DNA from: Chrysomallon squamiferum
Lineage: Eukaryota > Animalia > Mollusca
Direction: 5' to 3'
Length of the DNA: 64,000 nucleotides
NCBI GenBank assembly: GCA_012295275.1
Contig: CM022678.1
Span: 13,268,001 to 13,332,000, forward strand
Shown: positions 55,341-64,000 of the stretch, in pieces
Layout: every line of letters begins with the position of its first letter
How positions within the stretch are numbered: the stretch's first letter is position 1
Notes under the pieces: generated by a model
What the model saw: only the letters and a program-made list of their open reading frames with translations
Database searches by the model: none
What the model was told of the DNA's origin: nothing
Translations under genes and position numbers: made by a program

Positions 55341-58300
55341 AAATTTCATGCTGTTAATATATGATTCACACTGTGAGCTGTAAATTTTCAAATATGAAAT
55401 TCAAACGTTATTCACTTTTTATAATGATAATGAAAATAGTTAAAAATTGAATTTCAGTTTTTACATTTACTTTTTCCTTTTATTTATTTATTTATTTATT
55501 ATTGTTGCTTTTTTCTAACTATATATATATATACATTTTTTTATTATTACTTTATTTATATTAATTTATTTAATTATTTATTTATTTCATTTTTAATATT
55601 AATTACTACCTTTTTCTAATTATTGGTAAGTGCTAACTTCAATGGAAAATTATTAAAAATTATATGGAAACCAGGAAGATAAAAAGAATTAAAATGTAAA
55701 AACAAAATAATAATATTATTGTAATTTAAGTTTAAAAAAAACAAACCAAAATTACTTTTATTTATATTAATACTATTTAATATTTGACTAACTCCAAACA
55801 AGAAACTTAAAGAAACTAACCTGTTAGGCAAGTGTAGTTTAATTTGGTGACTCAGGAAGTGTTGAGGCAGGTCACAGAGCATGCTCAGTGAGAAATAAAA
55901 TTACAGCCCAAGCAGATCTTCATGCAAATATTTATTTTTACGTGAAAAATTTTATATATATTTTGAATGTTGTTGGTTATTTATTTCAAGAATAAATTTG
56001 TTTGAGAATTTGAAAAACTATTTTGTTTTGGTGTTTGAAGAATAAATTTGTTATTTAAAAGGTAAATACATTTAAAGTGTACACTATGACACCATTACTT
56101 AATGGTGAAAAAAAGAAAACAATCATTCATACTTCCAGGTTATTATTTTTCTGTATCTATGGTTGTCATTTTATTCTGAGATGGTTGAGTGTGTGTGTTT
56201 TTGTAGCATGTATGTATGTGAATATATGTATATTTATAAATTATTTAACTATACGACAAAGGTTATCTCTAATTTCTCTTTCTGCTCTTATTATTTTTTT
56301 TTTTTTTAAATGATAACAAAAAGAACTGCAAAAATTTTATTTATTATAACCAACCATCACCACAGTAACAAATATTCCTGTTAGTTAAAGATAAAAATGT
56401 AGTAAAATTTTAAGTATATATTATAAAAAATTTAAAATATCTGTAAATTGTGCAGTGTCGAATAATTAACTATGTTATATGTTAACTTTTAAAACAAAGA
56501 ATAAATGTTTAAGGAATGAAAATTAAGGATGGAATTACCTCCCCTGTTAATCAAGAGTTACCTGTACTCAATAATACAATATATTTTTGCTCTGTTATTA
56601 TGTTTATTTAGTTCTTTTATTTGTTCTTTTTTAAAGTTCTTTTCATTATTTTGGCATTTTGATGTACTAAACCCCACTTTATTTATTTACTTTTATTTAT
56701 CTACCTTTGTTTTCATATATACCAAATCAAATTAATGTAAATATGAAGATAAGTCACATAATATTGAAGTTTAATATGTGACAAGTTAAATATGAGATTT
56801 AGAAAAATCAGGGGTTTGGGAGAACTCAGTTTTTCATTCTGTTAGATATTGTGGGAAACTGTGCCACACTGTAACCACTGTGCGATGTTAGGAAAATCAC
56901 TTAATAATCACCACACTTTTCTTCTTTTTCTTCATCTATCCTACTCAAAGTTTTCATATCTGTCAATTAAATCACACTCTACAAATCATTAATCATTTAG
57001 TAATCATCTACTGGTAATAGATCATAAATGTATTTTAATCATTCAAGATTATCAACACATTATAAAGTAAAAAAATGTTTAATAATTTATTTATTATCTT
57101 CCAGTGACACTTCATAGTTTTTAGGAGATAACTCTGGTTTTGGGGTGATTTTGTCAATGAACTTTTTCCATAATTATCCCTTTGCTCAGTGGAATATATT
57201 AATCAGCTACAATTTACAGTGAAGTTTTAATTTTCTTTAATAATGTCATTTTGGGTAGATAACTCTTGATAGCTAAGGGAAATAGTTCAAAACACTTGAT
57301 CAATAATAAAATTGATGAATACCTGAATTTTACAAGTCCAATAATATGATATTAAAAGCATCCATTGCATGTGTGTGAGAGTATGTTTATTTGTGTGAGT
57401 CTGTGTGTGTGTGCTTGAGTCTGAATATGTATGTGTGTGCATGTGGGTATGTCTGCACCTATGTATGCTAAAGCATATCCTACACATATACTCTATATAT
57501 CAGCATCACATCATAATAACAAGCAGTGTAAATATAGAACATCTTTCCTCTAAAATTTATTTTACCCTGAAATGTTTTTAAATATAATAAATCATAATAA
57601 ATGAAGGTTAATATAGCTTTGTATGCTGACTAAATTAATTTCTAAAATTTTTATTATTTTATTTAGGTTGAAGCAGTGCAATATAAATAAGGCTTACAAA
57701 ATTATTCTATCTATATATTATTAGCAGCTATGTTCAATTTAAGCACATTTGTTAATTAAAGATTTTGTACCATTATTTTAATCCTGCTTGTTATATCGTT
57801 TCACTGGTGTTATAATCACTGTATTAAAAGTTAATTTATATCTCCATCATTTGGCAGTGAGGATTAATTATAAAAATGAACATTGCTAAAACATATTTAA
57901 AAAATGTCTTAAATCTATCATCTTTTGATAAATTTATACATTTTTATTTATAATTTTTATTTTATCTCTTTTGCTTGTTTCAAATTTATTATCTAAAAGT
58001 ATTATGTTTGAAACAAATATTCTAACATAACCTCATCATATTAAGACACATTAGTTTTATCATATATATCCTATTTGAGTTTATAAAATATTTATATTGT
58101 ATATGTAAATAACTAGTTGTTACTGACTTGGGTTATGTAGAATATGATTCACTTTAAAGCTTGGTACAGAAAATATATATACAACTGATCAGAAAAATAC
58201 ACCACCTCTAATGTATCACATAGAAAATATATACTATACTTGGCTGTGACTTACAAAACATACTATATTTAACAACAATATGAAAAATATATTTAACACT

Positions 58301-61300
58301 AAACTTATCACAAACAAAATGTACACCTCTAATTTGTCATATGCAAATACTAATTTCACAAATAAGAAATATATATTCACTTTATCACACAGAAAGTTAC
58401 CGCTAATTTCAAAAATAAAAAATGTATACAGTGCATAGTGAATAACACATACACAGTCTATTCATACTTTGTAACATTGTATGAATACAACACACATGTA
58501 TGTATTCAAAATGTACAATGTATACTGTGTATGCATTCAACATATGCATATACAATACAAACAATGTATACACCATATGCAATGAATACAATGTATACAT
58601 GTACAATATGAATTACAATTACAGTAATATAATACACCATACAACGCAGTCCCTTTTGATTTTAGCAACATATTTAGAGCAGAAAGAGAGCTTTAAGCTG
58701 AGCAAGAACTAAACTACTACTGAAACACTAAGAACAGACAGCTCCTCTCAGTGAGTCATCCTTCCAACACCACTGCTGTCTCACTCTGGAAATGAAGTCA
58801 GACGAAATCACTTATACTACAGTTGCACACTATTTGTCTTACAATAATAATCATATCTGGCAGCCATAGTAACCAACAGATGTTGGTAGTAATAATAATA
58901 ATAAACTAGAAAAATATTTTAATTACTGAGTATACTATTTGTTTTAACACCAGAAATGTTTGTCAGAATAATATCTCATATCCACAAAAAGCAACAAATA
59001 TTCATAATAATAATAATAATAATAATTAGACAATAATTTAATTAATAATATTTTTTAACAGCAGACATTTTTGTAAGAATAATAATAATGATGGTATCCA
59101 GAAAATACTGGTAATAATAATAATAAATAAATAAATATTTGAAAGAATAATAAAAATAATCAGAAGCCACAGTAATCAGCAAATAATGTAAAACTTGATA
59201 ACAGTAGTAACTGTATCCAGATCAATGAGACTAGTTTAGTAATTACAATAACACAGCTTAACAAATACAGTAAGTTAATAATAATAATAATAATAATAAT
59301 CAACCTCATCTAATTAATAATATAATAATACAAGTAACAGTTATCCATCAGTTAATAATGAACATTACATTGATTTCTCCTTGTGGCAATGTAACACAAA
59401 AAATAAAATAAAAATAAAAATAAAAAAATAAAAATTAACACAATTTTCTACAGCAATAGTTTAATCAATAATCAATTTAACCTTAATTTCGAGGAAGATT
59501 TGTATTTAAAATTCACTCAAAGTCAATATTGTGTTATATGACATTGTCTGCCATCCAGATACAGACTATACATTAGAGGGTGTTATGAGAAAAGTTGAAG
59601 AAATGTTTTATCTATCAACATATGCACACTTTTAATATGTTGTTAGACTATATATATTGCATTAAAAAAGAGAACTAGCATCACAAATAGTTTGATGTGT
59701 ATTGTAAATAGTAATGTTTAATTTTACTGAATTAATAAATGTTGTTGTTGCTGTTGTTTCTGTTACTGAAGACACAGTTTGATTTAAATGAAAATTATTT
59801 CTAATTTCTAATGTTAATTACAGGGATTACTTCGTTTATTGTTTGTTATTTCATGTTTTTTGGGGGGGTATTTATTTTAATTTTGTTCTGTTACTTTCCC
59901 CCATATGTGTGTGTGTGTGTGTGTGTGTGTGTTATCTAAGTAGTATGTATGTACATATGGATGTTTGCATTATGTATGTGTGTACATGTGTGTGTGTTTG
60001 TCTGTGATATATATTTACATGTACGTATGCATGTATATGTATGCATGTGTAAGTATTTATATGTGTGTATATTTGTATGTATGTTTGTTTACTGATATAG
60101 TGTGTGTTTGTGTGTGTGTGTGTGTGTGGTTCATTCATTTAAGTGTACATCAGTTTACTGTTTTTCTCATGTGATGTGAGTTATGTAGCTGTGAACTGTG
60201 TTTTGTGAGATGAATTGTGACATTCCAGATAATGTGAATATGTGATACAAATATCAATTATTTTTAAAATTTTAATTATCTGGTTTCTTTTTCATACAAG
60301 AAACATTATGTAAACAGATTTATATCAGCATCAAAATGCATGAAGATTATCATTACACATGACACTGTACAGACAGACTGGGTTACAACACAGACAGGCT
60401 TTTATCACTTACCTCTGTCCTTGATGCTTTGTGATGATGATGTAGATGATCCCGATTCTGAGTTCTCAAAATCATCTTCATAATCATCTGAAAATGTTAT
60501 AATTAAATCTGTACTGTCCTGTTGACAAAGCATAACACGAACATATCACAGAAAAGAACAAAACGTCTGGACAAATATATACATAATAAAAAATTGAATA
60601 TTAGCTAAAGGAAAGTCAGAATATACATTTAATAAAAAAAATTAAAAATCAGAAAACAAATTACCAAAAGTAGTTGTAGCTTTGTTTATAGATATAAATA
60701 TTTATAGTTGATTATGGTAAAACACAACAAAAGAAGTATCATTACATAACACACATACACAGACATATACCTCCCATCAGTCATATGCTTAATTGTCATT
60801 ATAACCACACAGGTCAAGGTTTGGTGCACACTTAATCTTCTGCCCGTTACCCAGATAAATAAAGGTATGATCCCACATAATGATAATCTTCATGCATTTT
60901 GATGTTGATATAAATCTGTTTACATAATGTTTCTTCTATGAAAAAGAAACCAGATTACTAAAATTAAAAAATAATTGATATTTGTAAGTCTACCGGAAAT
61001 AAATAAAAGAAAGAAAGGCATATAATTATTTTATTTCATCCAGATAACTTGATCACTTAAGTTTCAGTAGATAGCCTACAGCATACGTTTTCAACCTGCG
61101 TGTTGCAACCCACAGATATTTCTGGGAGTCGCGAGATCGTTCTTGAGCGAGGGTATATCATCAGTCATATTGAGTTGCTCATATGGGGTAGCAGTTTGAA
61201 AAAGGTTGAAAACCAGCAGCCTACAGCATCTAAGAACTGAAGGGGTGCCTTGACTCTCTGCTGCAATTGATGCAGATTGTTGTTGGACACAAGGAACATC

Positions 61301-63441
61301 TGGTGTCAAGTCAATGGTTTCAATCCATGCGTCCTGAATTTTGTCTTGTAGTAGAGCTAGTCTGGCAGCCCTGCAGATCCACTGTGAATCCTTTAAAGAC
61401 CTTCTCCTATTTAAGAGGAACTTCTCCAAATAACTGGAATAACCACGAGCACATGCTGCCCACTGGAGCTGTGATTACAACAGTTAGCAGTCAACACTAG
61501 CTGATCATTCCACACACAGGGGTGCCAGCTTACTTACTGCTTGACTGCTTTCCAAGTTGTATGACTACTGACCATATGATGTTTGGGAGGATACCACACA
61601 CACACACACACACAACACACACACAACACACGCATAACACATACATTCAAACACACACACTCAGACACACAGACATGCACATTGTTTGAACACAATAATT
61701 GACTAACATAAAATATCAAATAAAATGAAAGACAAAAAAAAATTAAATGTTTCATACAGATAAAATAAATAGTTAAAATAAATAATTAATAGAGATGGAA
61801 TATCAAACTCAGAAAACTGAAAACAATCACAGGTTTTAAATTTCACACAGGCGCATTAGTAAAAACGAAAGTGTTAGATCAGTGATTCTCAACCGCCGTG
61901 TCGCGACACACAAGTGTGTCGCGAAGCTCCCTCAGGTGTGTCACGAAACTTTGTGACGAACACCTGAAAACACAGACAATGTGCATAAATCTCGGTTTCG
62001 TGTTCTACTAATATGCCTTGGAGGAAGGAACTTCCTTTCTCCAATGAATATGCACACATTCAAAGTCCACCAATCAGTGGCGGCCACCAACCTTTGCACC
62101 TTTCGCTCAAGGTCGATCAGTTGCCCATGAGACGTCAGTGTGATAGGTTGTGTGTGTGGTGTTGTTCCGCACTGGTCATCTGTGCGTGTGCGTAATGCCG
62201 ATTGCCGAATTTTCTTCGCTGTGTTTTAAATTACTGTCATTCTTAAACACTTATTAGTAAAGAGATGTAGCTAACTAGGTGTATTTAGTTAAGAAATTAT
62301 GCTAGTTAGAACAGACTTTGCAAATATTTAACAGAAATATTTGGTCAACTTAATATTGTGAACAGTAGTATGCAAGGTCGAAACGAAAATATTCTAACTT
62401 CGACAGATAAGTTGGTTGCCCTTGAAAAGAAAATTGTTATTTGGAAAAACAGAGCAAAGTTGGGTGAGTTTGATGTTTCCTACAATGTGTACTAACTGCA
62501 CTAAAGAAATGATCCCTATCGTGGTTGAGCATCTGACAGCGCTCGAAGAAAACATCGACCACTACTTTCCGTCGCTGAACACTGAAAAGTACGACTGGGT
62601 TCGTAATCCTTTTGTAGATGTTCCTTCTAATATTGGGTTTAAATTATGTGAAGAAGAAGAATTGGCTACCATTTCAAGTGACCGCAGTCTTAAAATGAAG
62701 CATTCTGGGGTAGATATCGACACCTTTTGGATTTCAATACAAAAGGAATTTCCCGCATTAGCTGAAAAAGCCCTGTTAGTTCTTTTACAATTCTCTACTT
62801 CTTATTTGTGTGAATTGGGCTTTTCAACCTTAAATAATATAAAAAATAAGAAGAGAGAAAGACTACTTTCCACTGAAGAAGAAATGAGAGTTTGCTTATC
62901 GCACATACGACCAAATATTCAAGAAGTCATAAGACAACACCAGGCACAAGTTTCACACTAGGTAAGTGGCAATTCTGGGATACTAACATAATAAACTGTA
63001 TCAGACAAGTCCATATATATATTTTTTAATTTATTTTACGATTTCATATTTAAAATTATTTAAAATTATTACTGTGTCGTAGGTGTGTCGAGAGTAAAAA
63101 AAGGTTGAGAAACACTGTGTTAGATAATGAACAAAGGTGAAATATCAAACATAAAATTGCAGTGAAAGTGAAAACAAATTAAATAGATGTTAAATTATTT
63201 CTAAAACGTTTTATAAAACATTCTAGAAACCATGTAAGACACCTTCTTACATTCCATCTGCAAACTGAAATTAATTTACATAAAAACTAAAGCTTTTTAA
63301 ATGTTAAAGCAAATCGTGAGTGCAATCCACTGCAAACAACACAGAGTTATCTACCCTGGTTTGGTTTTGGTTTTTCTTGTTTCTCTCGCTGGGTTTCCTC
63401 TCCATCTGTTTCCACAGGAACCAGAACTGCTGTTTCTTTCT
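39653..63441 (-). CDS. Large acidic low-complexity protein with C-terminal RNI-like leucine-rich repeats (LRRC73-like domain); 5' end outside window
   Basis: Phase-consistent exons 63355-63441, 60413-60487, 47457-47614, 46985-47060, 45082-46473, 43437(or 43446)-43712, 42560-42955, 41925-41981, 41550-41710, 41175-41306, 40588-40679, 39653-40262, plus a large exon 51284-53600. LRR motifs LxLxxNxLG/IGDEG (ILNLNINKLG, LLLQGNPIGDEG, LDLGNTDITDEG, LTMDHNNVGDDG, LDLVNTGIG). The LRRC73 resemblance is from memory of the human protein. Confidence 0.8.
40588..40679 (-). CDS. LRR gene exon
   Basis: ILNLNINKLGPESADNIADLLKGKPSIEVL; ttttag / gtatgt, phase 0-2. Confidence 0.88.
41175..41306 (-). CDS. LRR gene exon
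   Basis: WYELAKFLLTKENTASVILNNMAMDDSDFEIIFDSLLKSPSKPM; tttcag / gtaaat, phase 0-0. Confidence 0.87.
41550..41710 (-). CDS. LRR gene exon (linker to LRR domain)
   Basis: NDPDNVAAAGVPPLGSQLQDPPPRMSHSGSIIPLLETQDTELELSNLELTKTQ; phase 1-0. Confidence 0.85.
41925..41981 (-). CDS. LRR gene small exon
   Basis: HTRQQSTSDASDGENMQG; caacag / gtatgt, phase 1-1. Confidence 0.75.
42096..42392. repeat. Minisatellite (ttattactgtgttgt-like, ~15-18 bp)
   Basis: Directly visible. Confidence 0.85.
42560..42955 (-). CDS. LRR gene Glu-rich exon
   Basis: GGTEQKTQEEIKESEES...RKMSAGET; ttacag / gtaatt, phase 1-1. Confidence 0.82.
43437..43712 (-). CDS. LRR gene Glu/Ser-rich exon (two possible in-phase donors, 43437 and 43446)
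   Basis: TTTKDDDERKDEVERKEEEE...TEKDSSEK; caatag acceptor, phase 1-1. Confidence 0.78.
45082..46473 (-). CDS. LRR gene 1392-nt acidic exon with internal peptide repeats
   Basis: Open frame of 464 codons; actaag acceptor / gtaatc donor, phase 1-1. Confidence 0.85.
46985..47060 (-). CDS. LRR gene exon
   Basis: VEGYSSEEEDLEGDKNVKVVIENRP; ctgcag / gtcagt, phase 0-1. Confidence 0.8.
47457..47614 (-). CDS. LRR gene exon
   Basis: NDEKTQSEQTTKQESY...IDLDGNRK; ttacag / gtgaat, phase 1-0. Confidence 0.8.
49791..49840. repeat. (AG)n microsatellite
   Basis: Directly visible. Confidence 0.95.
51284..53600 (-). CDS. 2.3-kb acidic Ser/Glu/Asp-rich exon with one -1 frame break near 53040; possibly an alternative terminal exon
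   Basis: caacag acceptor in phase 1; ORFs 52984-53583 and 51284-52990 have the same composition and overlap in adjacent frames; ends in TGA at 51284 with no strong donor seen. Confidence 0.72.
54405..54486. repeat. (TAT)n microsatellite
   Basis: Directly visible. Confidence 0.95.
60246..60986. repeat. Inverted repeat pair (~110-bp arms 60246-60355 and 60878-60986) around exon 60413-60487
   Basis: agaaacattatgtaaacagatttatatca vs tgatataaatctgtttacataatgtttct; few mismatches over the arms. Confidence 0.92.
60413..60487 (-). CDS. LRR gene 75-nt symmetric exon
   Basis: DYEDDFENSESGSSTSSSQSIKDR; tttcag / gtaagt, phase 1-1. Confidence 0.78.
61082..61218. mobile_element. Small hAT/Buster-type MITE (137 bp)
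   Basis: Terminal inverted GTTTTCAACCT / AGGTTGAAAAC; direct repeat GCCTACAG at 61074-61081 and 61219-61226 with central TA. Confidence 0.75.
61880..63117 (+). mobile_element. Internally deleted hAT/Buster (Charlie-like) DNA transposon, 1238 bp
   Basis: TIRs CAGTGATTCTCAACC / GGTTGAGAAACACTG; perfect 8-bp TSD TGTTAGAT (61872-61879, 63118-63125); subterminal GTGTGTCGCGA repeats; transposase C-terminus with WVRNPF and FSTSYLCELGFS, ending QAQVSH. Confidence 0.95.
62416..62961 (+). pseudogene. Truncated hAT/Buster transposase C-terminal (dimerisation) region, ZBED5/FAM200-like
   Basis: 181-aa ORF with DWVRNPF, FWISIQKEFPALAEKAL, STSYLCELGFS; N-terminal domains absent. Confidence 0.85.
63355..63441 (-). 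CDS. LRR gene 87-nt symmetric exon
   Basis: KETAVLVPVETDGEETQREKQEKPKPNQ; ttacag / gtagat, phase 1-1. Confidence 0.68.
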
Positions 63442-64000
63442 CTGTAAGGTGAATTTCATTGTTTGAAGCATTATAAACAAAAGGCTTTGTGTGTTTCAAA
63501 AACTGTTGAATCCTTATCTTAATAGACGTTTTGTATAAGGAACTAAAAGCTAATTTTTGCTATTAATAAAATAAAGCAATAAGCTAAAAATCTATACATT
63601 AAAAAGCCATTTTCAAAGGTTGTAATGTTGTTGTTTTTTTAAATGCTTATTTTATAAAGTGTATGGGTAAAAAATGTCAGGCTTTTTCTCTTTTTTTTTG
63701 CTGTAACAATTCAACTGCTGCGAAGAACATAGAAGCTGTTTAAGTTATTTGTAAAAGAAATAAAATATTTAACTTATAATCAGATACAAAAATATCTTGA
63801 TGAGAAAAAAATAATAGTAAGATGAAGGTTAGATAACATAATGATGATGATGATGATGATAAAAATAATAATATCTATAAAAATTATAATAACACAAAGG
63901 AAGAATTAAAGAATAGCAACAACAGCTGAGGCATTATCAAATACAACAGCAATAATAATAATAATAATAATAATAAATTATAAGAAAATATATATATTTA

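Noticed and set aside
61091-61500. 112-aa and 77-aa ORFs
   Set aside because: They overlap the MITE, have no motifs and no splice support.

Overview
AT-rich, microsatellite-rich, intron-containing animal DNA, probably an invertebrate (a mollusc-like composition is only an inference). Main content: (1) a complete minus-strand adenylyl cyclase-associated protein (CAP/Srv2) gene with 13 phase-consistent coding exons (20625 down to 8165, 469 aa), an in-frame alternative upstream coding exon starting MFCCKKKK (25171-25530) and a CpG/motif-rich promoter near 35.5-36.1 kb; (2) the 3' part of a large minus-strand gene (runs off the right edge) with a very long acidic low-complexity region and a C-terminal RNI-like leucine-rich repeat domain resembling LRRC73, whose 2.3-kb exon has a -1 frame break at an in-phase A-AAU-UUA heptamer followed by a hairpin; (3) a disrupted plus-strand spliced gene with a 42-bp coding repeat (3.8-6.1 kb); (4) intronic transposons: a decayed Tc1/mariner, an internally deleted hAT/Buster element with a perfect 8-bp TSD and a small hAT MITE. 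Two separate exons are bracketed by intronic inverted repeats. No rRNA, tRNA or CRISPR was recognised. All calls are by eye; no searches were run.
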